From a virus (Duplodnaviria; Caudoviricetes), in IMG/VR virus record IMGVR_UViG_3300027533_000010, positions 1 through 45,308 of that record: a DNA stretch of 45,308 bases; one strand, written 5' to 3'. Position 1 is the stretch's first letter. The number at the start of each line of letters is the position of its first letter. The position numbers were made by a program, and so were the translations under genes. The notes below the pieces were generated by a model. The model saw only the letters and a list, made by a program, of their open reading frames with translations, was not told the origin of the DNA and did no database searches. This document shows, piece after piece, positions 25,237 through 32,928 of this stretch.

Positions 25237-25460
25237 GGTCGGCTCATTTTCTTCATGTAGTTAATCACATCATTCAGACATGAGAGGTTGAACACGCAAC
25301 TTTCGTGCGAACTGAACACGTAGGTTTTCCACGGCTTGTACCAAGACAGGATTGCGAGCTGCCCCTTGCTCTTGTTGTTGAACACCCGATAGACTGGATG
25401 CTGTTCAAACACTTCACCGTTCACCTGCCGAATTGTAACGTACCTGAACCGTGTTTTCAT
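25233..25460 (-). CDS. Hypothetical protein
   Basis: 75 aa in a translationally coupled chain. Confidence 0.6.
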   Translation of the reverse strand: MKTRFRYVTIRQVNGEVFEQHPVYRVFNNKSKGQLAILSWYKPWKTYVFSSHESCVFNLSCLNDVINYMKKMSRP

Positions 25461-25768
25461 ACCATTCCTTTCAGTCTATCGCACATATACCGTATGCCGT
25501 TTCTGATGTCGGTCTTCATCCATTCCGGCATGTCCTTGTCTGGGGCGGTACTTCGCTTGCCAATGATATTCACAGCCTCCTCAATCTCTGCGTCGGTGGG
25601 GATCGCAGCCTTCAGGATGGCCTCTCTGTCGGTGGTGAGTAGTTCCACGATGGCATCATGAAGTTTTACCATCTTCACAACATCCAAAGAGCGGCTACCG
25701 ATCTGTTTGTGCGCTTCAATGATTATTTCCTCCGCTGTTTCATCCACTGTCCGTACCTTCGTGGTCAT
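25457..25768 (-). CDS. Hypothetical protein
   Basis: 103 aa, ATGA-coupled. Confidence 0.6.
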   Translation of the reverse strand: MTTKVRTVDETAEEIIIEAHKQIGSRSLDVVKMVKLHDAIVELLTTDREAILKAAIPTDAEIEEAVNIIGKRSTAPDKDMPEWMKTDIRNGIRYMCDRLKGMV

Positions 25769-26118
25769 GGCTGGCCTTTCAGTTTAGGACAGAGAATATG
25801 TTCCACTGCGTGCATTCGACTTGTCCATTGGTTGACCCCATTCTCGATGAGACAGCACTTCTGAGATTTATCCATTGTCATTACCCTTTCAAAAGTTGAA
25901 CGGTTGCGTAAGCGACACCAACAATGACGAGCCACCAGATAGTCCAGTTAGCTCTCCACAGCCACAACGGAAATCCTTCTGGACGCTTCATGTGTTTTCC
26001 TCCCAGTCGGCGTATGAGCAGCATTCCTTGCACGCGCATGGTCTGTCTCCCCACCATTCAGGGTGATGTTCCCACAGATGAAACGTCAACCACATTATCA
26101 GATTGTCAAATAGTCGTT

Positions 26119-26304
26119 TCATTTCTCTCCTTTCAGTTCTTTGAGGATGGGGGGCAGGGTAGTTTCGCCTTGAAATTTCTTGCAATGGCACAGGTCGCAA
26201 CTCCCACCACCATAGCCAACAGCCCTATGTCGATAGTCCCTATGCCCACAAACGCAGACATGCTGGTCTTTGAATTGAGCCTTTTCCCTCTCCAGTTCAG
26301 TCAT
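26119..26304 (-). CDS. Small Cys/His-rich (Zn-binding) protein
   Basis: CVCGH...H...CDLCHCKKF motif. Confidence 0.55.
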   Translation of the reverse strand: MTELEREKAQFKDQHVCVCGHRDYRHRAVGYGGGSCDLCHCKKFQGETTLPPILKELKGEK

Positions 26305-26605
26305 TTCTCTCCACCTCGCAGTTTAGGATTTCATTTAGCCCATCACGAAGTCGGGTCAATGCTTCCTTGTTCGTGATGATTTCGTTGTGGACGTAGTTCC
26401 CTTTTCTGAGTGCGAGCCACGCCATTTTGATCCTCTCTTTGAGGATGCGGATAACGCTTTGACCGGAATAGAAGGCGCATACGTAAAAGCAAATTGAAAA
26501 ATCTTTCCTGCCGCCCCAGTCGAGTTCATGAACAACAATGGACTGACACCCGCAGTCACATTCGATTTCGACCTTGACTTTCTTCTTTTTGGCTTCATTA
26601 TTCAT
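26297..26605 (-). CDS. Hypothetical protein
   Basis: Probable start MNNEAKK after an AG-rich RBS; ECDCGC motif and RIKMAWLAL helix. Confidence 0.55.
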   Translation of the reverse strand: MNNEAKKKKVKVEIECDCGCQSIVVHELDWGGRKDFSICFYVCAFYSGQSVIRILKERIKMAWLALRKGNYVHNEIITNKEALTRLRDGLNEILNCEVERND

Positions 26606-26930
26606 CCTTTCCTTCCTTCTCTCCTGCTTTGAGTTCGTGGATGATACGGTCGCGGGCTGATTGCCACGAATAACATTGGTGCGGTATTCCTCGAATAAAT
26701 CCGTCCGTGTCCTGTTCTGCCTCCGGCCACCTCGCCCGTACCACTTCCTCTGCGGGCAACATCTCCAATGCACGCAGCCAAGCATGTTCCGGCGTTGCTC
26801 TCACCGTGCCAATGAATCTGCTTTGTTGGTCTTGGATTATGAAAACATCCGGACTCTTTGGCGCACCAACCCGCACACACTCAGCCCCCTGCCTTATCTT
26901 CTTCACCAGTTCCTTTGCTGTGGGGGTCAT
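26598..26930 (-). CDS. Cassette-array gene, MTPTAKELVK class (unit 3)
   Basis: Begins with the conserved 41-nt module shared with 28252-28292. Confidence 0.7.
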   Translation of the reverse strand: MTPTAKELVKKIRQGAECVRVGAPKSPDVFIIQDQQSRFIGTVRATPEHAWLRALEMLPAEEVVRARWPEAEQDTDGFIRGIPHQCYSWQSARDRIIHELKAGEKEGKDE

Positions 26931-26942
26931 GGGCGCTTCCTG

Positions 26943-27479
26943 TCAGGCTGTTCCAGATATTCCTCGGAGCCTCACCAGTTCCGTTGTGATGGCTTCGTAT
27001 GGAATACCAACGCCATCTTCTTTCTGCTCATCGGCAGGCATGCGGGCATACAGCATGTTGATAAATGTGTTCGCTTGGTCACACACTCGCACAACCCTGA
27101 AATCTCTCCGCTCCCATCTATTCAATCTTTCCTTCGCCCTCTCCAACTCTGCCTTCAAAACATCGTGTAACCGCTTCCAAACCTGTTCTTGTTCTTGTGC
27201 GGCGAGCCTTGACATGAGTTTTGACACATGGGAGCGCAGTTCAAGAATTTCACTCCGGCATCGACCACAAATACCGTGACCTTGCTCCTTCTCGGCCTTT
27301 AGTCTCTCCACCTCTGCCTTGAGGGAGGTGTTCTCAGCTAACAGCGTCCTTACGATTGCAGCATAGTCAAGACTTGGTGGGCAATCCTTATTCTGACAAG
27401 GTCCACCGGCTGCTACTGGCCCTCCGCAATCCTGGCAGATGTGCATGCCGACGATAATGGGTAGTCCTTTCTCGCTCAT
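26943..27479 (-). CDS. Cassette-array gene, MSEK/SLKAE class (unit 3)
   Basis: MSEK start after GGTGAGG RBS; CxxC motifs and coiled coil SLKAEVERLK. Confidence 0.7.
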   Translation of the reverse strand: MSEKGLPIIVGMHICQDCGGPVAAGGPCQNKDCPPSLDYAAIVRTLLAENTSLKAEVERLKAEKEQGHGICGRCRSEILELRSHVSKLMSRLAAQEQEQVWKRLHDVLKAELERAKERLNRWERRDFRVVRVCDQANTFINMLYARMPADEQKEDGVGIPYEAITTELVRLRGISGTA

Positions 27480-27506
27480 TGCCTCACCTTTCGATTGCTC
27501 CATACT

Positions 27507-27578
27507 TCAATGCCTCCATTCTTTATAATCAGCCTTCGGGTAAATTCTCTTCACCAGTTCCTTTGCTGTTGGGGTCAT
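27507..27578 (-). CDS. 23-aa cassette-array mini-gene MTPTAKELVKRIYPKADYKEWRH (unit 2)
   Basis: ATGA-coupled to the upstream gene and carries motif B; translated by hand. Confidence 0.5.
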   Translation of the reverse strand: MTPTAKELVKRIYPKADYKEWRH

Positions 27579-27916
27579 GGGGTTTTCCTTTGCCATTCTC
27601 TTATTTTTTCTACAGTCGTGAAATTCATTTGTTTCATCCCATCCCTCTCTTCCTTCACCCTCTCCACCTCTGCCTTGAGGGAGGCGAGTTCACCGGCCAA
27701 TTCCCGTCCCGTATTGTGCGCCGCCTCAAGGTCGGAGCGGAGGGAGGCGAGTTCCTTTCTTGCGTCAAGTATTCTACAGATGAACATCGCCTCAAACATC
27801 TCGTCTGTCAGAGTTTCCTCTGTGTGTTCGTCCATTTGGATGTCTCTGAAAACCTCATCCCGCACGGCCTGAATGTCAACTTCCGAATATGATCTCACTT
27901 CCTCTTTCTCGCTCAT
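27575..27916 (-). CDS. Cassette-array gene, MSEK/ELASLKAE class (unit 2)
   Basis: MSEK start; two ELASL heptad modules. Confidence 0.7.
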   Translation of the reverse strand: MSEKEEVRSYSEVDIQAVRDEVFRDIQMDEHTEETLTDEMFEAMFICRILDARKELASLRSDLEAAHNTGRELAGELASLKAEVERVKEERDGMKQMNFTTVEKIREWQRKTP

Positions 27917-28074
27917 GGCCTCACCTCCACCGTGTACCCATATCGGTCAGCGAAAAACTGCAAGGTCGCAAGCCGCATTCGTTTAGACATAATGGTAAAA
28001 GCATACCCGATGATAAACATGGCCCGAATGTCTTTGTCCTTCACTCTTCCATTTGTGTTGATGTCGATTCTCAT
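27913..28074 (-). CDS. Hypothetical 53-aa protein
   Basis: MRIDINTNGRVKDKD...YTVEVRP; ATGA-coupled at both ends; translated by hand. Confidence 0.6.
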   Translation of the reverse strand: MRIDINTNGRVKDKDIRAMFIIGYAFTIMSKRMRLATLQFFADRYGYTVEVRP

Positions 28075-28289
28075 CGCTTCACCTCGGTTGAGAATATCTG
28101 TTTCTTGAGTTCCTTGATTCGCTTCTCCACGTCCTTAATCTCCGACAGGACAAGAAAGCGGTTGGTTGTATGCGTCTCGTCGTCGGGGTGGTAGTTATCC
28201 CATCCAAAGATTTCGGCCTTGCAGAGAATATGTATCAACTCAGCACACTCTCTTATCTTCTTCACCAGTTCCTTTGCTGTGGGGGTCAT
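28071..28289 (-). CDS. MazG-like protein fused to MTPTAKELVK leader (unit 1)
   Basis: ECAELIHILCKAEIFG...NRFLVLSEIKDV, EExxE/ExxD-type MazG pattern with the first Glu replaced. Confidence 0.6.
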   Translation of the reverse strand: MTPTAKELVKKIRECAELIHILCKAEIFGWDNYHPDDETHTTNRFLVLSEIKDVEKRIKELKKQIFSTEVKR

Positions 28290-28873
28290 GGGAGAGGGTC
28301 TCCTGGCCATTCAGTGTATGGCTTGACAGTCGGCACAATGCATCCCTCTTTGTGTCCATCACGAAAATCGTACTCACAGTACATGCAGCGGTACGATTCG
28401 TTTGTCCCATGAGCAACAATTATTCGAGCCATCTGTTTTCGTAACGCCTCCCACTTCTCCCTCTCCCCTGCCTTGAGGGAGGCGAGTTCAGCTTGCGCTG
28501 CGGAAAGGGAGGAAGACAACAGGTGATCGATACGCCAAATCGTATGCGACAATCCAGCCGTTTGAGTATCAAGGTAGTATGCGAGCCTCTCTGGACTATC
28601 CTCGTATTTTCTCCTGCACATGTGACCATAGGGCAGTAACTCTCCTGCCTCAACCAAATATCGCGCCACCTTGAAGTATTTTTCATCCACGCCAGACCGA
28701 AACGATGAACAGCGTTCACACCCTTGCCAAAAAGTAGGCGCACCGGAATTGTCCACCGTTTCAATCGGGGTGAGCTTTCCACCGCAACCCTCGCAAACGC
28801 CCCTTATGTTGGCCTCGCACTCTTCCTTTGTTGTCTTGTATTCATTCTCAGCCATTGTCTCTTTCTCGCTCAT
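28286..28873 (-). CDS. Cassette-array gene, MSEK/ELASLKA class (unit 1), Zn-ribbon payload
   Basis: MSEK start, CEGC...CERC and CMYC motifs, ELASLKA module. Confidence 0.7.
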   Translation of the reverse strand: MSEKETMAENEYKTTKEECEANIRGVCEGCGGKLTPIETVDNSGAPTFWQGCERCSSFRSGVDEKYFKVARYLVEAGELLPYGHMCRRKYEDSPERLAYYLDTQTAGLSHTIWRIDHLLSSSLSAAQAELASLKAGEREKWEALRKQMARIIVAHGTNESYRCMYCEYDFRDGHKEGCIVPTVKPYTEWPGDPLP

Positions 28874-29136
28874 CGCTTCACCTCGGTTGAGAATATCTGT
28901 TTCTTGAGTTCCTTGATTCGCTTCTCCACGTCCTTAATCTCCGACAGGACAAGAAAGCGGTTGGTTGTATGCGTCTCGTCGTCAGGATGATAATTGTCCC
29001 ACCCAAATCTTTCGGCTTTGCAGAGGATGTGAATCAGTTCAGAACATTCCTCAATCAGTTTGGTCGTTGGGCTACCAATGGCTTCGTATTTTGGATTGCT
29101 CATCGCTTCCTTCCTTTCTTGGGGATGATTGGTCAT
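28870..29136 (-). CDS. MazG-like nucleotide pyrophosphohydrolase (small)
   Basis: KLIEECSELIHILCKAERFG...LSEIKDV: EExxE...ExxD all-alpha NTP-PPase motif. Confidence 0.65.
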   Translation of the reverse strand: MTNHPQERKEAMSNPKYEAIGSPTTKLIEECSELIHILCKAERFGWDNYHPDDETHTTNRFLVLSEIKDVEKRIKELKKQIFSTEVKR

Positions 29137-29318
29137 GGAACCACCTTAACAACTTCATCACAGCCACACTTTGGGCATTCAACATTCTCATTGTCCACTC
29201 TCACCCTGCGATGTAACCAAACGCTATCATCAATGGCGCGAACTCCCTTCTTAATTGTCTGCTTGAAAATGTGGTAGCAGTTCACACACTTGCATCCCAG
29301 TTGATATGTCTCACTCAT
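29133..29318 (-). CDS. Small Zn-ribbon protein
   Basis: CVNC...CPKC; start after AAGGAG/AAGGTG RBS. Confidence 0.55.
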   Translation of the reverse strand: MSETYQLGCKCVNCYHIFKQTIKKGVRAIDDSVWLHRRVRVDNENVECPKCGCDEVVKVVP

Positions 29319-29350
29319 CTCACCTTCTCCTTTTCTTCGATGAAGCGGGC

Positions 29351-29596
29351 TTATCCGCAATGCTCGCACTGCGCACTCCCAGGTCGGACAATCTGCATAC
29401 TTCTGCGCCCACACATTGGGCAGTCAATAGACCACTGTGAACCGAACCCATCACTAATCGTTGGCGGGTCTATCATCTCTCGTCTGAGCTTGGCTGCCAG
29501 TCGCTCGGATTGTTTATGGGAGACGGTCATTCCACTTCGTTCCTCTTTCCTTTCTGACTCTCCGCACTGTACCTCCCGCTGAGTGGGTGATTTCAC
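29351..29596 (-). CDS. Small Zn-ribbon protein
   Basis: CPMC...CEHC; coupled chain. Confidence 0.55.
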   Translation of the reverse strand: MKSPTQREVQCGESERKEERSGMTVSHKQSERLAAKLRREMIDPPTISDGFGSQWSIDCPMCGRRSMQIVRPGSAQCEHCG

Positions 29597-29838
29597 TGCA
29601 TCTCCGAAAGAATTTTGTTTTGAAACTCAAGCCACTGGTTTATCTGGGTGGACTGAAGATCTTCGAGCCTCTCATCGTTCAGAGCATGACCCTTGTGCCA
29701 ACCATCGAGCCATGCCTGCTTTATCAGGCCCCACATTCTTTCTGTCTGCCTGCGCTCAAGCTCACCCTCGATCACTTCCTGTGGAATATCAACAAGAGAA
29801 CGTGACAACTGATTCAGGTCTGTGCGTTCTGCGCTCAT
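29593..29838 (-). CDS. Hypothetical protein
   Basis: 81 aa, coupled to both neighbours. Confidence 0.6.
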   Translation of the reverse strand: MSAERTDLNQLSRSLVDIPQEVIEGELERRQTERMWGLIKQAWLDGWHKGHALNDERLEDLQSTQINQWLEFQNKILSEMQ

Positions 29839-30188
29839 ACGAGCATCTCCTTTCCGGCTTCAAATGTTATTTCACGCACCAGATCCGTCGCCTGATAAAA
29901 GGCTGCCCTGCGACGGTAGGGGTCGGCATCCCAAAGCTCGTCCGGCTCTCGGTCAAACAACGACGAGCACCCATACTCAAGAATCTGGTCGGTTGGAGTG
30001 AGGCACTTCGCACAACCACAGCATTCGCAGAACTCCGTCCGGCTGCGAACAGCCTCATCGACCTTCCACTGGGTAAAACCTCGCCCAAAAATATCCTCCA
30101 TTACCTCAACCGGAGAGCGGAGTCCATGCACCGCCTTCGCCATATCGTGATCGAGTAATTCTCTGTATGTATTGAGTGCCATCATCAT
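29835..30188 (-). CDS. Hypothetical Cys-containing protein
   Basis: 117 aa, coupled; CECCGCAKC motif. Confidence 0.6.
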   Translation of the reverse strand: MMMALNTYRELLDHDMAKAVHGLRSPVEVMEDIFGRGFTQWKVDEAVRSRTEFCECCGCAKCLTPTDQILEYGCSSLFDREPDELWDADPYRRRAAFYQATDLVREITFEAGKEMLV

Positions 30189-30436
30189 GCCCTTTCAAAG
30201 ACAGTGCTTAGATCCAATGGGAGCTTCTCGTCAACGCCGACCCTAAGTATCTGAACCACGTACCGATTTCGCCCAGACTTCATCTCTGGGAATGGAAACC
30301 CAGCCACACTGTCTGCATCATCGGGCCTCACAATGAAATCACCCAAGTGTCTGTGTCGCCCATCCTGGAAAGATAGGACGGTATCTTCGCTGTATCGTCC
30401 CACCCATACCACTACGGTTTTTGGCTTTGACATCAT
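30185..30436 (-). CDS. Hypothetical protein
   Basis: Start reassigned by ATGA coupling. Confidence 0.55.
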   Translation of the reverse strand: MMSKPKTVVVWVGRYSEDTVLSFQDGRHRHLGDFIVRPDDADSVAGFPFPEMKSGRNRYVVQILRVGVDEKLPLDLSTVFERA

Positions 30437-30639
30437 CGCACCCATGTGGTGTACTGTTCGGAACCGACCGCCCTGTATCGACGGATGGAGTGGAACCTGA
30501 AGGGGCCGATCAGCAAATTCTTCGCTGTCTCTGCGGCGATAATCGGCAACGCTCTTAGGTCGGCAGGGGATTCGACAATGAGCGTCCGGTACTTCGATTC
30601 GTCAGAAAAGCAATCAACCTCGATCATTTGTGAGTTCAT
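30433..30639 (-). CDS. Hypothetical protein (68 aa, MNSQMIEVDC...)
   Basis: 3' part of ORF 30433..31062; TAATG coupling and GGAGG RBS. Confidence 0.55.
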   Translation of the reverse strand: MNSQMIEVDCFSDESKYRTLIVESPADLRALPIIAAETAKNLLIGPFRFHSIRRYRAVGSEQYTTWVR

Positions 30640-30878
30640 TAGAAGATCCTCCGTAGTGTTCTGTAGATCTTGCAGCTGAGACACTGGCAGGTGGCACGCT
30701 CTGGGGTCATGTAAATGTAGCGGGTTCCAATCAGGTTCGCCTGGACTGGGATGGAGATTGGATTCTTGGGAGAGCCGAGATGCATCCGCCCTCCCCGGAT
30801 AAAGCCGACAGTAGCACCTGGAAGGCCTCTGTCTGTAGAGATCATCACGCAACCATCTCGAACTGGGGTGAGTTTCAC
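30639..30878 (-). CDS. Hypothetical protein
   Basis: GTGA-coupled start; C-terminal CxCxxC. Confidence 0.5.
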   Translation of the reverse strand: MKLTPVRDGCVMISTDRGLPGATVGFIRGGRMHLGSPKNPISIPVQANLIGTRYIYMTPERATCQCLSCKIYRTLRRIF

Positions 30879-31102
30879 AGGGCCACCTCGTAGGTAAGAT
30901 CGGGGTTGACAACCCACACACCATCGGCGGCACGATAGACCACCTGCTGCTGGGCGAGGGAGTGGAAGGTACGACCGAAGAAACCTTGAAGCTGGGAGAG
31001 GAGACCGTTGTTGGCGAGGAAGCACCACGCCTCCAAAACCTGATCGTTATCCTCGGCCTCAATCACTCCCTCGCAGATCATTGTTGCTGTGTAGTTGTCC
31101 AT
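30875..31102 (-). CDS. Conserved small phage early protein
   Basis: EAWCFLANNGLLSQLQGFFGRT resembles a recurring phage family motif (LQG.YGR); first gene after a strong promoter, with ACGGAGG RBS. Confidence 0.7.
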   Translation of the reverse strand: MDNYTATMICEGVIEAEDNDQVLEAWCFLANNGLLSQLQGFFGRTFHSLAQQQVVYRAADGVWVVNPDLTYEVAL

Positions 31103-31138
31103 TTGATCCTCCGTTGATTAGTGTTATTGTCTGGGATC

Positions 31139-31167
31139 AAGATAAGTACGAAGTGGTCAAAAGTCAA
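31139..31167 (-). promoter_or_regulatory. Sigma70-type promoter TTGACT-17-TATCTT with operator-like 14-mer in the spacer
   Basis: -35 at 31162-31167, -10 at 31139-31144; TTGACCACTTCGTA at 31147-31160; A/T-rich UP-like tract upstream. Confidence 0.8.
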
Positions 31168-31403
31168 GAGGTTTGTAAAATATTTTTTTGGCCTTTATTT
31201 GTTGACTGGAATGTCACTGCGATCATAAGGAGCATTACGATAAGCTCGTCCTCGCCATCCCCAAACCATCCGACCGCCAGAGGGAACGCCATAGTCCACT
31301 GGCCCTTCTGGATCATCCATTTAATCTTTGTGATCCTGAATGGACTACAGAAATAGATCGGGACGAGACCGAGAACAACGGCAAGAAGAATGATCGCTAC
31401 CAT
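31164..31403 (-). CDS. Small multi-pass membrane protein (possible second holin/antiholin)
   Basis: Two to three hydrophobic segments; overlaps the end of the endolysin gene. Confidence 0.45.
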   Translation of the reverse strand: MVAIILLAVVLGLVPIYFCSPFRITKIKWMIQKGQWTMAFPLAVGWFGDGEDELIVMLLMIAVTFQSTNKGQKNILQTS

Positions 31404-31897
31404 GTAAGACCCTCCATAGTGTATGCGGTGATGACGTTGAGTGGGAGTTTCGATAGAGTCTCCGAGGGAAGATTCCATGCACAGTCAAAATGAACGAACG
31501 AGCTTGATCCCTGATCGTTGCGATACTGAAGATACCCAATCCTCGGAACCCGATAGCCGAGTGCGGCGGCGGAGTCACGAAACAGTTTTGCGAGATCTAC
31601 GTCCGTCATGTCGTCCGGCACATCAACATCAAGGGCTGCGCCAAGAACGTGCGGACTGTACTTCGCTGTTCGATATCCCTTTTTCGTTAAGAGATCCTGA
31701 TACCTCTGAGATCTCCGTCCAGAGTTGATCTTGATGGACCGACCGTAGAACTCACGGGCCTGGTCAAAGATCTCCAGGGTGCAGGTGAGGATCACCTTCT
31801 CTTCAGGAAGAAGCCAGATGTCTCTGTCTGGATAGAGTTCTCCGTGAGAGGAATATCTCCCAGACTGAGACCACAGGTTGTTCGTAATGCTACGCAC
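31397..31897 (-). CDS. Peptidase M15-family (Zn D-Ala-D-Ala-type) endolysin
   Basis: INSGRRS...SPHVLGAALDV...IGY...FVHFD: SxH, D and HxD zinc ligands. Confidence 0.85.
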   Translation of the reverse strand: MRSITNNLWSQSGRYSSHGELYPDRDIWLLPEEKVILTCTLEIFDQAREFYGRSIKINSGRRSQRYQDLLTKKGYRTAKYSPHVLGAALDVDVPDDMTDVDLAKLFRDSAAALGYRVPRIGYLQYRNDQGSSSFVHFDCAWNLPSETLSKLPLNVITAYTMEGLTW

Positions 31898-32138
31898 CCA
31901 TGTACTCTTCGGGAGAGAGCTTTCTTCCTTCTGGGGTCGGAATCTTTCCTGCGATGGCCTGATCCAACTGTCCGTCAGTCAGTTCATCTGGAAACTTTGT
32001 ACTCATCCCAGTCTCATCAGCCTCTTGCTGGATAAGACCCGTGACCTCATCCAAGAGTGTTGCCGCCTCTGGGATGCTCTCAACCAAACCTCGAAGCTGT
32101 TCGAGCTTGGTAAGAATTTCTGGACTATACTTTGGCAT
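31890..32138 (-). CDS. Hypothetical acidic protein
   Basis: 82 aa, AGGAGG RBS; LTDGQLDQ motif resembles the scaffold termini. Confidence 0.65.
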   Translation of the reverse strand: MPKYSPEILTKLEQLRGLVESIPEAATLLDEVTGLIQQEADETGMSTKFPDELTDGQLDQAIAGKIPTPEGRKLSPEEYMGA

Positions 32139-32149
32139 TTGAAGCCTCC

Positions 32150-32434
32150 TTACGGTGTTACGATTGATCTCCTCTTCGGCTCAAGCGAGCTTCTGTGAAT
32201 CTCGCCAAGACTCAGAATCTTTGCTGCTGTGAGATTGACGAGCGACTGACGCATCCAGTGGCCTGTCTTTTTGTTTCGAACCAGTCCGGTACATATCCCC
32301 CGAACACGACCATACATTCCGTCAACCTTCACACGGGGGCGGTGCGTGTTACGCTCCCGCTCCACCTTATCTTTTCTGTCAGAGATGAAGGTATGTCCAC
32401 AGTTTGAACAGTGGTATGAATACTTTCCAATCAT
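32150..32434 (-). CDS. Hypothetical Zn-finger-like protein
   Basis: YHCSNCGHTF...H; ATGA-coupled. Confidence 0.55.
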   Translation of the reverse strand: MIGKYSYHCSNCGHTFISDRKDKVERERNTHRPRVKVDGMYGRVRGICTGLVRNKKTGHWMRQSLVNLTAAKILSLGEIHRSSLEPKRRSIVTP

Positions 32435-32913
32435 AGGATCTCCAGGATACTGTTATTGAGTCCGGCAAAATAATGAAGCCCAACCACCACTCCGACGATC
32501 AGTTGATCGGGCCAGTATAGTGGAAAGCGATACCACTCCACTCCGAAAAAATCTCCGATAAGATTTGGATGAATCAATCTCGCTGGAGACCCCTCGTGAA
32601 AGAATAGATCGAGTACATTGTGCGTCAGCATTCCAAAGGCGATCATCACAAGCCACGCCACAGAAATAAAGAACGATAGGGCGAACGCCAGCACAAAGAG
32701 TGCGCCAACGACCGTCAGTGTGTGCATCCACCCGAACGTCATTTGTGCCCAGGGCGGCATCTGGATGAACCACGACCACAAAGAAGCCTTTCGCCTCCAG
32801 ACATTCCACCATCCGACCAGACCAATCAAGTCTGGAAGGATTGCACCCAGCACGCACCACCATCCAAAGATCCCACCGACGATCATGTGGGTCAGACCAA
32901 AGCTTGCAAGCAT
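32431..32913 (-). CDS. Membrane-bound metal-dependent hydrolase (YdjM/DUF457-like)
   Basis: THMIVG, GAILPDL, HT and THNVLDL motifs embedded in TM helices. Confidence 0.75.
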   Translation of the reverse strand: MLASFGLTHMIVGGIFGWWCVLGAILPDLIGLVGWWNVWRRKASLWSWFIQMPPWAQMTFGWMHTLTVVGALFVLAFALSFFISVAWLVMIAFGMLTHNVLDLFFHEGSPARLIHPNLIGDFFGVEWYRFPLYWPDQLIVGVVVGLHYFAGLNNSILEIL

Positions 32914-32928
32914 AACTCCTCCGTTTGT

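Larger units (their letters stand above)
26893..28883. repeat. Interspersed junction repeats of a three-unit cassette array
   Basis: Motif A at 27467-27489, 27904-27926, 28861-28883; motif B at 26893-26933, 27548-27581, 28252-28292; motif C at 27304-27328, 27660-27692, 28468-28490. Confidence 0.9.
28070..28983. repeat. 115-bp perfect direct repeat (28070-28184 = 28869-28983)
   Basis: Direct comparison; offset 799 bp. Confidence 0.95.

Noticed and set aside
26893-28983. CRISPR array or diversity-generating retroelement explaining the repeats
   Set aside because: Repeats are irregularly spaced and protein-coding. No cas or reverse transcriptase gene is present, and differences between copies are synonymous rather than adenine-specific.
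30433-31062. 209-aa ORF and long overlapping ORFs as overprinted genes
   Set aside because: Better explained by three short coupled genes (30875..31102, 30639..30878, 30433..30639), each with an RBS or stop-start overlap.
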